The notes under the pieces are model-generated. The model was not told the origin of the DNA. It did not search any database and saw only the letters and a list, made by a program, of their open reading frames with translations. 64,000 nucleotides of DNA from Desulfatiglandales bacterium (lineage in GTDB: Bacteria; Desulfobacterota; DSM-4660; Desulfatiglandales; Desulfatiglandaceae), in assembly GCA_963666345.1 (NCBI GenBank), contig OY762721.1:1440001-1504000 (forward strand), given 5' to 3'. The translations under genes were made by a program, and so were the position numbers. Shown piece by piece: positions 8,543-18,560 of this stretch; position 1 is the first letter of the stretch; each line of letters starts with the position of its first letter.

Positions 8543-9712
8543 ATGATTCACAGACCAGAACCCATCCATCAAATCAAGGCCTTGTTTCAGATACATCCGG
8601 TTACTGCCCTGCTCGGACCGCGGCAGTGCGGCAAGACTACATTGGCACGAATCATCGCCGAACAGGAGCCCTCCACCATTTTTGATCTGGAAAACCCTGT
8701 TGATATCCAGCGTCTTTCTTCTCCCCTGCAGACGTTGAAGGATCTCTCCGGACTTGTAATAATCGATGAGGTCCAAAGAAAACCCGAGCTGTTTGAGCTG
8801 CTCCGGGTATTGGTGGATCGACCCGGCCGGGACACCCGATTTCTGTTGCTGGGATCCGCATCGCCACATTTGGTCAAGGGTGTTTCGGAATCTCTGGCCG
8901 GCAGGATAGGATTCGTTGATCTGGCGGGTTTTCAACTTCGGGAAGTCGGTGTGCAGCATCGTGATAGATTATGGATAAGGGGTGGTTTGCCCAGGGCTTT
9001 TCTGGCCGATTCCGCCCCTGACAGCATTCAATGGCGTGAGGATTTTATTCGAACGTTCCTTGAAAGAGACATCCCTCAGCTCGGCATCACCATTGCCGCT
9101 GAAACCCTTCGCCGATTCTGGACAATGACGGCTCACTACCATGGACAGGTGTGGAATGCAGCGGAGTTTGCCCGGGCACTCGGCACTGCGGAAAACACGT
9201 CACGGCGATATCTCGATATCCTCAGCGGAGCCTACATGATCAGGGTGCTGCCTCCCTGGTTCGAAAACCTGAAAAAGCGACAGGTCAGAGCTCCCAAGAT
9301 ATATATTCGTGACAGTGGTCTGTTTCACAGCCTGCTCCAGGTTTCGACCTTAGCCGACTTGCAGGGCCATCCCAAAATCGGTGCATCATGGGAGGGTTTT
9401 GCGCTGGAGCATGTTATCCATTTTTTTCGAACCAGGGAGGCGTATTTCTGGGCTACACACGCAGGAGCTGAGCTTGATCTCATGTTGATGATCGCTGGTA
9501 AACGCTATGGTTTCGAATTCAAATATATGGATGCTCCCGGACGAACACGCTCGATGCATATCGCCATCCAGGACCTGGATCTGGAACATCTGTGGGTCGT
9601 CTATCCGGGAGAGCAGGGATACCCACTCGGCGATAAGATTACCGTAATTCCGCTGAATGAGATCTTCCAGCTTGCGGAAACCATGAAAAAAAATGCGAGC
9701 GGTGTAAAGTAG
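8543..9712 (+). CDS. AAA_14 + DUF4143 ATP-binding protein
   Basis: GPRQCGKTT, IIDEVQ, LLGS, RGGLP, PKIYIRDSG; C-terminal ELDL...FEFK nuclease-like motif. Confidence 0.9.
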   Translation: MIHRPEPIHQIKALFQIHPVTALLGPRQCGKTTLARIIAEQEPSTIFDLENPVDIQRLSSPLQTLKDLSGLVIIDEVQRKPELFELLRVLVDRPGRDTRFLLLGSASPHLVKGVSESLAGRIGFVDLAGFQLREVGVQHRDRLWIRGGLPRAFLADSAPDSIQWREDFIRTFLERDIPQLGITIAAETLRRFWTMTAHYHGQVWNAAEFARALGTAENTSRRYLDILSGAYMIRVLPPWFENLKKRQVRAPKIYIRDSGLFHSLLQVSTLADLQGHPKIGASWEGFALEHVIHFFRTREAYFWATHAGAELDLMLMIAGKRYGFEFKYMDAPGRTRSMHIAIQDLDLEHLWVVYPGEQGYPLGDKITVIPLNEIFQLAETMKKNASGVK

Positions 9713-9981
9713 AACATCCATAAGCTTAAAATTTGCCCGGAATTCATGACCGGCATGTCCGCTCCTTTTGCCGACCCGATGAAACCGTCTGAATTGGAAG
9801 TACCTCCTGTAAGGACGATCGATTTTCTATCTACATCAAACCGCCAGGTTGCGTACATGCCGAAAATGGACCCGATAATATCAACATGCCGCAGGCACAT
9901 ACCAGTAACCGACTTACTTCCAGGATTCTTCTTCCTGCTTTCCACATTAATTTACTCTTTCCGTCTCACATCTATTTTTTT

Positions 9982-10584
9982 GGTTCTTCTCCAATTTAGT
10001 TGTCGAAGAGGGGCCAAGGACCCAAGGATTCTTTGCTTCGCTTAAGCTTCGCGCAGTCCCACCCTTCGGCCAGTTCAGGGCGGGTTCCCGGTTTCGAGGG
10101 CTTTCTTTCCAGGGATTTGATCATCGCTTTGGACATTGCCCCGACATCCCTTATTTCCCTTCTTAATTTTTGAAGCCGCTCTTTTTTTAAATAACCCAGG
10201 TCAGCTGATGTCATGTCCCGGGTTTCCAATTCACAGGCTTAACCATATGCAATAAAGAAAAATTGCATATACTCTATAGCCGTTTTTTCCCATACCCTCA
10301 GGCGGTATCCCTTGATACGAAAACAGCGGATCTTCTGATTCGGGAGGTAAAACAGTATTGCTCATCTTTAAAAAAACATTTCGTTTCTTTATACATATGC
10401 AAACAAGGTGTATACAATTTTTTTTACCGAACGTTTAACTTCCTATGATCTTTAAGCTTTTCACTCGAACCCGCGGCCCCTTGACCCCTCCAAACCGGGA
10501 ACCCGCTGCGAAGCAGTGGGACTGAGCTGAGCTAAGCGAGGGCGAAGAATCCTTCATTTAGACCAACTCTTTTGGAGATAATCC
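9982..10584. mobile_element. Inverted-repeat-bounded four-helix-bundle cassette, copy 1
   Basis: Ends GGTTCTTCTCCAATTTAGTTGT / ACCAACTCTTTTGGAGATAATCC; ~110-bp imperfect arms including the perfect pair GCGGGTTCCCGGTTT (10080-10094) / AAACCGGGAACCCGC (10492-10506). Confidence 0.7.
10100..10459 (-). pseudogene. Four-helix-bundle (23S rRNA IVS protein / Avd-like) pseudogene
   Basis: Manual translation KLKDHRKLNVR*K..CLHMYKETKCFFKDEQYCFTSRIRRSAVFVSRDTA*GYGKK..FIAYG*ACELET..DLGYLK..AMIKSLERK tracks the family pattern, with stops and a frameshift. Confidence 0.8.
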
Positions 10585-10620
10585 TTTTTTTTTTAAATGT
10601 TCCAGGTTTGTGAGAGTGGG

Positions 10621-11451
10621 TTAAGCCCCAAGCTTTATTCCGAAAAACCTGCAGACATTGTCTCTGGTAAGTGACCTCTTAGCGGGATCGGTAAGATCTA
10701 CTGAGACTGAGATCCGGTAAAGGTCCTCATGCAAGGAGTCCCCGGAATCCGTGTTGAGCATGATCTTCCCGCTCATAGATGAATGGTCCTGCAGGATATT
10801 TTTTACATCCTCCAAACTGCTCTTGGGCGGGCTGACCGTTATCCCGGCCCAGAAGCCGGATGAAAGGACCCCTCCTATGGTTTCGGGCGTGCAATGATCC
10901 ACCACCATGGAGTCTTTCCATGGCGCAAAATCCTTAAGTATGGAAAGAATCTGAGTGGTTACACGCGCCTTTTGCTTTCTCGGCGTATGAATGCCCATCA
11001 CCTTTCCCCTTTGGGCCGCCTCTTCGGCCATCTCCAATTGGGCACGGAAAATCTCCTCCTCCCTGCCTGAACCGGTCTCAAGGCCTATCTCGCCTATTCC
11101 CAGACAAAGGGGATCGTCAAGACAGGGGGATACGAGCCCCCTTACGTGCCTTGCCTCAAGATCCGGAGGTATGTTTCTGGGATGAACCCCGGCAAGATAG
11201 AAACAGGGAAGAAAATCTTTTCTTATTTCCTTGAAAAATCGGGGCCTCGTCCTGAGGTATTTTTCAAGATCGGAAGAACTACTGATATCCCGGGCAAAGG
11301 CCCATGAAACCGGCAGACATCCTATCCGGGCCAGCCGGCCGACCGATTCACAAGCCTCCATGACGAGCAGGTCAAGATGCAGGTGGCTGTCCACAAAGCT
11401 TATGTCATGGCCGGACAAATTGTTTCGGGTAATCACAAAAACCTCGTTCAT
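10621..11451 (-). CDS. TatD-related metal-dependent hydrolase
   Basis: DSHLH, GVHP, GIGEIGLE, IHTP, VVDH and NTD motifs. Confidence 0.8.
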   Translation of the reverse strand: MNEVFVITRNNLSGHDISFVDSHLHLDLLVMEACESVGRLARIGCLPVSWAFARDISSSSDLEKYLRTRPRFFKEIRKDFLPCFYLAGVHPRNIPPDLEARHVRGLVSPCLDDPLCLGIGEIGLETGSGREEEIFRAQLEMAEEAAQRGKVMGIHTPRKQKARVTTQILSILKDFAPWKDSMVVDHCTPETIGGVLSSGFWAGITVSPPKSSLEDVKNILQDHSSMSGKIMLNTDSGDSLHEDLYRISVSVDLTDPAKRSLTRDNVCRFFGIKLGA

Positions 11452-11640
11452 AAAAAGAAGGGGTTGAAATCATATACGGTAATCGAACCCTATTGCTTAG
11501 AGGGCTCCTCCTAAAAAAAATCATTATGACAATTCTGTTCGGTGCCTTATTTCAGGCTGGTATTTAACTGTTTTTTATTGTATCTGAAAAATGCTCATGG
11601 TAAAAATATAGGCAATATATAACTACAGGCAAAAAAGATC

Positions 11641-12087
11641 ATGGAAATATTTACGATAGGGTATGAAGGGTTTGACCAGCGCCAATTTCTGGCTTGGTTA
11701 AACAGCTATAGCATTGATATTGTTGCTGATGTGAGGGATCTTCCTCTAAGCCGTAAAAAGGGGTTTTCCAAAACTGCGTTGTCCGATTTTCTAAAGAAAA
11801 ACGCTATCGAATATATCAACTATAGACGGCTCGGTGCACCAAAAGAACTAAGGGCCTTCCTATTAAAAACCAAAGATTACCCCACCTTTTTTAAAAAATA
11901 TAAAATGACGATCTCAGACAAAATGAACGACATTGATGAAATCCTCAATACCGTTAAGGAAGGGAAAAAGGTAGCGTTATTATGCTATGAAAAAAATCCG
12001 GAAAAATGCCATCGCAGTATCGTAGCGGATGAAATTAAAAAAAGGGACGGGAATGGTTTAAAAATCAAAAACTTAGGTCTTTATTGA
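11641..12087 (+). CDS. DUF488 family protein
   Basis: IFTIGYEG, DVRDLPLSRKKGFS and LLCYEKNPEKCHR motifs. Confidence 0.9.
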   Translation: MEIFTIGYEGFDQRQFLAWLNSYSIDIVADVRDLPLSRKKGFSKTALSDFLKKNAIEYINYRRLGAPKELRAFLLKTKDYPTFFKKYKMTISDKMNDIDEILNTVKEGKKVALLCYEKNPEKCHRSIVADEIKKRDGNGLKIKNLGLY

Positions 12088-12893
12088 TCAAAATCCAATC
12101 TTAGTTGCGATTCCTTTGGAGGCCAAAAAAAACCAAGGATACAAAAAACATGCGGATGCTGTGACATGTTACCCACTAAAAGATATGTTTCTCTTTTTGG
12201 CCCACAAATAGTGTCCATAACCTTATCTCTAATACGTTCTTTCCAGTCTTTTTTGTTTTTCACTTTTCGGTATAATTCAGATATTTCCCAGTCAAGGATG
12301 CTGTATTCATGCCCTTTGCACAACTTATGGCCACAGTTAAATTTCAGGATAAATCTGAATTTCAACAGCTCAAGATCCTGTTTTTCGCCAAGCATATCTA
12401 ATTGAGCCATGATTGATTTTTTCTTTAATTCAGTTTCACGAATCTCGGTAGAATTTTTTTTGACAATCCCACATCCTAGTATTGAACTCGGTTTAATAAT
12501 ACCTAGGGATGTATTGTGAATCTCTCTATGGGCCTGCAGATCTTCAATAGACTTAAAAATGTTCTTTTCATTAAGAACCCATCTTCTTCTCTCAACCCAG
12601 CCAGCTTTATTTGTACTGATAAGTGAACCAAGAACGATCGATTCATCGTTAATGTTATAACTTTCCGGCCTAGGGTCAGTTTTTGACTTTCTGATCTCTG
12701 CCTTTATCCACTGATATTTAGAGAACACATAATCACCACCAAGGTATCTGAACCTTATCGGAAAAATTCGGATCATCTGGCCGGTATCGGCCAAAATTCC
12801 GCATGTGCAAACGGTTTCAGTATATTTAGTGCTGTACTCGGGATAAGTCTTTACAGTGATTAGGATGTCCTTTTCTTCCCATCTGCCGGACAA
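12081..12893 (-). CDS. Conserved hypothetical protein (DUF488-associated type)
   Basis: VKTYP..S.KY.ETVC..G, IRIFPIRFR, KYQWI, DPRPES, C..KLC..H....LDWE, F.ILGFFWPP; TTG start with AGGAG RBS. Confidence 0.75.
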   Translation of the reverse strand: MSGRWEEKDILITVKTYPEYSTKYTETVCTCGILADTGQMIRIFPIRFRYLGGDYVFSKYQWIKAEIRKSKTDPRPESYNINDESIVLGSLISTNKAGWVERRRWVLNEKNIFKSIEDLQAHREIHNTSLGIIKPSSILGCGIVKKNSTEIRETELKKKSIMAQLDMLGEKQDLELLKFRFILKFNCGHKLCKGHEYSILDWEISELYRKVKNKKDWKERIRDKVMDTICGPKRETYLLVGNMSQHPHVFCILGFFWPPKESQLRLDFDQ

Positions 12894-13413
12894 TATATGC
12901 TCCTAAGTAAAGATTTCAGGCATTTTTCCCCGATATCATCAGCTATCAATCGAGACTGTGCCAAGATCGCTTTAAGACCTGCAACGATCCCCTGGGCCAG
13001 TAATCATGGAGCGTAAAAAGTAGACTACGAAAAATTGCAGCTTAAATTCGATATTTTGTAAAAAAAAAGATATTTTCATAAAATATTTTAATAGCAAAAC
13101 TTATCCAGTAATAAAAGTGCCGTTTTCAGACATTCTTCATGTTTCAGGATATCAACCGAACGAAAAATATCAGAATGCCGAAAATTTTAAGATTTTCCGA
13201 CATCAATAAAAGGAACCTGCAAAATCCATTTTGGTTGGGCTTACGCCCTTTCCGTTCGCTGGCCTAACATCTTGATCTTACATACCAATGCCGTCAACTT
13301 AGGTTTTTAAAACCCACCCCTTCACAGCCTCAATGATTTAACGGTAAAAGGATCATATCCTTTCACTATTTTTATGCGGTATCAAATTTTATTAAAAATA
13401 TTAGACAATTAAC

Positions 13414-13442
13414 TTGACAGACAATTCTACTGTCTGTAGAAT
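13414..13442 (+). promoter_or_regulatory. Sigma70 promoter of the DEAD-box helicase with an overlapping palindrome
   Basis: TTGACA-17 bp-TAGAAT; ACAGACA-N7-TGTCTGT dyad at 13417-13437. Confidence 0.75.
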
Positions 13443-13486
13443 GTTCCACTATTAACAGTGTTCTTGGTTGTAATTTGAAATCACGT

Positions 13487-13516
13487 AAGCCCCGGAATAA
13501 CTCCGGGGCTTTTTTT
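13487..13516 (+). terminator. Terminator-like hairpin within the helicase 5' leader
   Basis: AAGCCCCGGA-ATAAC-TCCGGGGCTT followed by a T-run, 27 nt before the start codon. Confidence 0.8.
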
Positions 13517-13542
13517 ATTGGAACACGGAAAGAAGGTATTTT

Positions 13543-14775
13543 TTGAACTTTGATACATTTAATTTTCATCCCTCAGTTGCCGCAGGCATTGCAGCAGCCG
13601 GCTATGAAACCCCTACCCCGATTCAGGCCCGGGCAATCCCGCAGATAAACGACGGTCGTGATGTAATGGGCCTGGCCCAGACCGGCACCGGCAAAACAGC
13701 CGCCTTTGTACTGCCGATCCTGAATCGATTGACGGGGGGAAGACATGGTTGCATTCGCGCCCTGATAATCGCCCCTACCCGTGAACTGGCCGAACAGACC
13801 CACCAGGCCATCGAAACCCTGGGACGCAGGACACGCATAAAAAGCGTTACCGTTTACGGCGGCGTGGGAATTAACCCGCAGATTCAGAAACTCAAGCATG
13901 CCGATATTGTGGTTTCCTGCCCCGGCCGGCTTCTTGATCATATCGGTCGTCCCAGCATCGATCTATCCCGGCTGGAAGTGCTGGTTATAGACGAGGCCGA
14001 CCAGATGTTCGACATGGGGTTTTTCCCTGATATCCGGCGAATCCTGAAACATCTTCCCCAAAAACGCCAGACCCTTCTCTTCTCGGCTACCATGCCGCGT
14101 GAAATCCGTCGCATGGCAGGGGATATCCTGCAAGATCCGGCCACAGTCCAGGTCGGAACCACAGCGCCTGCCGATACCGTCAGTCACGTACTCTACCCGG
14201 TAGCCCAACACCTGAAAACGGCACTGCTGTTAAAGCTTCTGGGAAAAACAGATACCAGGTCGGTGCTCATCTTTACCCGGACCAAACATCGCGCCAAAAG
14301 TTTGGGGAAAAAGCTTTCCGCCGCAGGATACCGATCGGCTTCGCTTCAGGGAAACCTTTCCCAGGGAAAACGTCAGGCCGCAATGGACGGGTTTCGGGAC
14401 GGGACATTTCAGATTCTGGTGGCCACCGACATCGCCGCCCGCGGCATCGACGTTACCAAGGTTTCTCATGTCATCAATTATGACATCCCTTCCACCCCGG
14501 AGGCGTACATTCATCGCATCGGACGTACCGGAAGGGCGACCCGCAGCGGCGAGGCATTTACCCTTGTTACGGGAGAAGACAGGGATATGGTACGCGCCAT
14601 CAACCGAATCATAGGTTCCGAGATCGAACAGCACGTCTTATCCGATTTTGACTACAGGTCACCGGCGCCTGATCGTGCAACCCGCCCGAAGCGAATGGAC
14701 AAACCGCATCACAAGTTTTCCGGAGTCAAAAAGACCCGGAACAGGTCGGATTCGCTCCCGGCATTTTTTGCTTAG
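13543..14775 (+). CDS. rhlE: DEAD-box RNA helicase, RhlE-like
   Basis: PTPIQ, AQTGTGKT, PTRELA, DEAD, SAT, ARGID and HRIGRTGR motifs. Confidence 0.9.
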   Translation: MNFDTFNFHPSVAAGIAAAGYETPTPIQARAIPQINDGRDVMGLAQTGTGKTAAFVLPILNRLTGGRHGCIRALIIAPTRELAEQTHQAIETLGRRTRIKSVTVYGGVGINPQIQKLKHADIVVSCPGRLLDHIGRPSIDLSRLEVLVIDEADQMFDMGFFPDIRRILKHLPQKRQTLLFSATMPREIRRMAGDILQDPATVQVGTTAPADTVSHVLYPVAQHLKTALLLKLLGKTDTRSVLIFTRTKHRAKSLGKKLSAAGYRSASLQGNLSQGKRQAAMDGFRDGTFQILVATDIAARGIDVTKVSHVINYDIPSTPEAYIHRIGRTGRATRSGEAFTLVTGEDRDMVRAINRIIGSEIEQHVLSDFDYRSPAPDRATRPKRMDKPHHKFSGVKKTRNRSDSLPAFFA

Positions 14776-14874
14776 ACTAAACATTGCTGAATAGAAAAAC
14801 AAAGGGGGATATGACTATCCCCCTGCCTGGTTTCCATCCGGAAACGGCTGTTTTCAACAATCCCTGCATTGATC

Positions 14875-15165
14875 TATCCTATCGTTTGTGAGTCGTACGG
14901 TAGTAGATCACTACATAGCCCCTTGATTTTCTCTGCTCCGCTTACACCCAGGACTACCTCTCAGCAGGCTCGGTAAGGGTCTCGGGAAGTGCCGGCCGGG
15001 ATAATGCCCTGTCCTCCGCCATACCATATCCGTATTTCCTTCGACATATCACGATAGAGAGGCATCTAAAGTCTCAACCATCTTCATAGATGCCCTGCCT
15101 GGCATTTCCCTGTTAGGTGATATGCCAGGCCCCGGGAAATTCCATACGGTTAATCTAGTACCCAT
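14875..15165 (-). pseudogene. Decayed REP-associated tyrosine transposase (RAYT/Y1) remnant
   Basis: Minus strand reads RMEFPGAWHIT*QGNARQGIYEDG*D, resembling the RAYT N-terminus (RIEFPGA.YH.T.RGN.RQ.I..D); the catalytic core appears deleted. Confidence 0.6.
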
Positions 15166-15444
15166 ACAGAAATTGCTCACTTCCGGATAATGGTTTCAGC
15201 CCCGCCACATTCACGGCGGGCAAGCGTGGGCTATCAGTAAGTAGCCGACAATTTGATGTCCCGACTATTTTTCTGACAGATGAGAGCTTGTGCACCATCA
15301 TTTTGGTGCACTGAGAGCTGATAGCGCGAGTCCATAAATCTTGGCTTATTGATGGACGCTAATCTAGCCCAATCAGACTTGTATTTCATGTCCTGGCACC
15401 CATATTACCATATTGACCCAACTTCCCTCATTATTAAATAATAT

Positions 15445-15471
15445 TAAAGTTACCCAAAAAACTGCCGATAA
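15445..15471 (+). promoter_or_regulatory. Sigma28 (FliA) promoter
   Basis: TAAA-N15-GCCGATAA exact consensus (TAAAGTTA extended -35), upstream of a chemoreceptor locus. Confidence 0.85.
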
Positions 15472-15514
15472 TAAACATACATCAACAATAAAATATTTTT
15501 AAAGGAGGCGAATC

Positions 15515-16420
15515 ATGTTTAAGAAAATCATGTTCAGGAAGGTACTACTGTTTGTTGCGACCGCTTTTTTTCTCAATGCAGGCATTGTTGCTGCAGAATC
15601 ATACAAGATCGGTGTTCTCGCCAAGCGCGGTCCGGTAAAAGCGCTGAAACAGTGGAAGTCGACCGGTGATTACCTGACGGCCAAAATCCCCGGCAAGACA
15701 TTTGAGATCGTTCCCCTGGACTTTGATGCCGTCAATCCCGCCATCGAAAAAGGAGAGGTGGATTTTTTCCTGGTCAATTCATCCATGTTTGTGACCGCCC
15801 AAGTCAAGTACGGTGCTTCTCCTATTGCCACCATGGTCAACTCCCGGCAGGGGCAACCTTTAAAATCATTCGGCGGCGTCATCCTGACCTCGGCGGATAA
15901 CGAGGAGATAAACTCTCTGGCCGATTTGAAAGGGAAATCCTTCATGGCGGTCAAGGCCTCCTCCTTCGGCGGCTGGCAGATGGCGTACAAGGAAATCCTG
16001 GACATGGGAATCGACCCGAAAAGCGATTTTGCCGGTCTGCAGTTCGGCGGCAAGCATGATAATGTGGTGCTGGCGGTACAAAACGGTGCGGTGGATGCAG
16101 GCACGGTGCGCACCGATACGCTCGAGCGCATGGCTGCTGAAGGCAGCATCGATATGGAAGAATTCAAGATTATCAATAAAAAGGGACACAACGGTTTTCC
16201 GTTTGTGTGCAGCTCACCCCTGTATCCCGAATGGCCTCTGGGCAAGGTTCAAAAGACCCCTGACGATGTGGCCGAAGCTGTGGTCGATGCACTCAAACAG
16301 ATGAAGCCGCAAGATCCTGCGGCAAAGGCTGCCAAGGTGGTCGGCTGGACCGACGCGCTCAATTACGGCCCTGTGGAAGAGCTGCAAAAATCCCTGAAAG
16401 TGGGCGCCTACGCATCGTAA
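15515..16420 (+). CDS. PhnD-like (phosphate/phosphite/phosphonate-type) periplasmic binding protein
   Basis: Signal peptide; INSLADLKGK, SFGGW, HDNVVLAVQNGAVDAG, YPEW; no ABC permease or ATPase nearby. Confidence 0.85.
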   Translation: MFKKIMFRKVLLFVATAFFLNAGIVAAESYKIGVLAKRGPVKALKQWKSTGDYLTAKIPGKTFEIVPLDFDAVNPAIEKGEVDFFLVNSSMFVTAQVKYGASPIATMVNSRQGQPLKSFGGVILTSADNEEINSLADLKGKSFMAVKASSFGGWQMAYKEILDMGIDPKSDFAGLQFGGKHDNVVLAVQNGAVDAGTVRTDTLERMAAEGSIDMEEFKIINKKGHNGFPFVCSSPLYPEWPLGKVQKTPDDVAEAVVDALKQMKPQDPAAKAAKVVGWTDALNYGPVEELQKSLKVGAYAS

Positions 16421-16634
16421 CGACTTAAATCGTATCCCCCCCTGCCCCTTTTCCTCAGCAATAGCGCTGAGGGGAGGGGGGAGTTGAAAAGCAGATGCGT
16501 ACAAATGGATCTTGAAACCTTCACGACACGACGGAGCATCACACGATACTGGAAGATATTACTGGACCATTTTTTAAATTATGGATCTTAGCCGGCTATA
16601 AAACACTGATTTTACATCGAAAGGAGTTTTGACA

Positions 16635-18560
16635 ATGAAACAATTTTTCCGGGCAAGTCTCCGTCAAAAGCTATTGCTGCCCACAATCATCATCATGGCC
16701 GGCTGCATAGCGGGCCTCTCCCTGACAGTGATGTCGGTTCAAAAACATCAGTTGGACCAATTGGGTGAATCGGTGCTGGCCGATCTGGAAGACACCAACA
16801 GCACCGCCGATAAAAACTTTACCGAACTGGGAAAAGATGTATCAAATTATCTGCAGCAAATGAACGATACCCTGAGTGCTTCCATCGAAGAAACCACCCG
16901 CAAGTCGCTGGAACAAGAAAAATCCCGGTTGGAAAGAGAATTGAGCACGGTGCTGGAGCAGAATGCCGAATCCGTTGCCGACCTTCTGGGGAAGGTCGCT
17001 CCACCGGCAATTCTGGCGAACAATTTTCTGGATCTGATCGCCTATACCAGGTCGGCAACCAGCAATAAGGACATAGTTTATGCCGTTTACCTGCGGCCCA
17101 ACGGCGAACCTATGACGCGCTACCTGGACCGCAAGTCTCCCCTGATTCAGCAATACCTGAAAACAGGTAAAGAGAAAAACAAGGTCTTGAGGATTATCGC
17201 CGCCTCAAAATTGGATACAAATGTTTTTTTTGTGGAAAAGCCGGTGTCCCTTGAAGGCAAAGAACTGGGGAAAGTCCTTGTTTGCGTGGACAAGGCCTCT
17301 ATCAAAAAGAAAATTACGGATTTATCCGAGCGATTTAATTTGCTGATTGTCACCAACACCAACAAAGCAAAAGAGGTGCTCCGAGGCGAATCCGTCAGGC
17401 TCAGCAAAAGCATCAGCGATATGCTGCGCAACGTAAGCACGCAGAGCAGCGCAGGAGTCAACAAAATCGCCGAAACATTGGATACCGTCTTTACCGCCAT
17501 GCGCACCAAGATACGGTCGATCGTCATGATCGTGGGCGGCGCTTCAATCCTGATGGTATTTGTGATCCTTTATCTGTTTTTGACACGGATTACCAAATCC
17601 ATCGGAGGCATAACCGCAGACCTGGATCACGGTTCCGACAGTATTGCCTCTGCTTCCGGGCAGGTGGCTTCTGCAAGTCAACAACTTGCCGAAGGATCAT
17701 CCCGGCAGGCCTCCGCGATTGAAGAAACCTCGGCATCATTGGAAGAGATGGCTTCCATGACCAAGCAGAACGCCGACAATGCAGACCAGGCCGATCTTCT
17801 GATGAAAGAAACCAACCAGGTGGTGGCAAGAGCCAACAGTTCAATGGGTGAACTGACCGGTTCCATGGAGGAGATTTCCGTTGCCGGTGCCGAGACCTCC
17901 AAAATCATCAAGACCATCGACGAGATAGCGTTCCAGACGAATCTGCTGGCACTTAATGCGGCAGTTGAGGCTGCAAGGGCCGGTGAGGCGGGAGCCGGGT
18001 TTGCCGTTGTCGCGGACGAGGTGAGAAATCTTGCCATGCGTGCTGCGGATGCCGCCAAAAACACGGCCGATCTTATCGAAGGCACGGTTCAGAAGGTGGA
18101 CTCAGGCAAGATGCTTGTCACAAGGGCAAACGAGGCCTTCGGCCAGGTGGCCGAGAGTTCTTCCAAAGTAGGGGAACTTGTCGCGCAGATTGCGGCAGCC
18201 TCCAACGAGCAGGCCGAGGGAATCGGCCAGGTGAATAGGGCGGTTACCGAGATGGATAAAGTGGTCCAGCAGAATGCAGCCGGTGCTGAAGAGAGCGCCT
18301 CTGCCTCTGAGGAGATGAGTGCCCAGACCGAACAGATGAAAACCATGGTGGGTGAGTTGGTGCTAATGGTCAGAGGCAACAATAATGGCCGCTCCAATGT
18401 GACATCGATTCAAAAGAAAGGCATGAAAACAGGCAAATTAAAATTGGCAAGCCACACTTTACGAAAGGTTAGATCTAAAAACCGGCCTGATCCTGCTCAG
18501 CACGAATTCCATTCAAATCAAGCGATCTCTTTGGAAAAAAATGACTCCATGCAAGCATAA
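16635..18560 (+). CDS. Methyl-accepting chemotaxis protein
   Basis: Two TM segments; [37 protein letters not shown] signalling domain; ATG 16635 follows AAGGAG. Confidence 0.95.
   Translation: MKQFFRASLRQKLLLPTIIIMAGCIAGLSLTVMSVQKHQLDQLGESVLADLEDTNSTADKNFTELGKDVSNYLQQMNDTLSASIEETTRKSLEQEKSRLERELSTVLEQNAESVADLLGKVAPPAILANNFLDLIAYTRSATSNKDIVYAVYLRPNGEPMTRYLDRKSPLIQQYLKTGKEKNKVLRIIAASKLDTNVFFVEKPVSLEGKELGKVLVCVDKASIKKKITDLSERFNLLIVTNTNKAKEVLRGESVRLSKSISDMLRNVSTQSSAGVNKIAETLDTVFTAMRTKIRSIVMIVGGASILMVFVILYLFLTRITKSIGGITADLDHGSDSIASASGQVASASQQLAEGSSRQASAIEETSASLEEMASMTKQNADNADQADLLMKETNQVVARANSSMGELTGSMEEISVAGAETSKIIKTIDEIAFQTNLLALNAAVEAARAGEAGAGFAVVADEVRNLAMRAADAAKNTADLIEGTVQKVDSGKMLVTRANEAFGQVAESSSKVGELVAQIAAASNEQAEGIGQVNRAVTEMDKVVQQNAAGAEESASASEEMSAQTEQMKTMVGELVLMVRGNNNGRSNVTSIQKKGMKTGKLKLASHTLRKVRSKNRPDPAQHEFHSNQAISLEKNDSMQA

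Noticed and set aside
9601..10045. ORFs of 99-114 aa downstream of the AAA ATPase
   Set aside because: No recognisable motifs; they overlap each other and neighbouring features
9996..10229. 77-aa ORF as an intact gene
   Set aside because: It is the C-terminal fragment of the four-helix-bundle pseudogene reading into the repeat arm
9982..10584. Diversity-generating retroelement
   Set aside because: An Avd-like family gene is present, but I saw no reverse transcriptase or TR/VR pair
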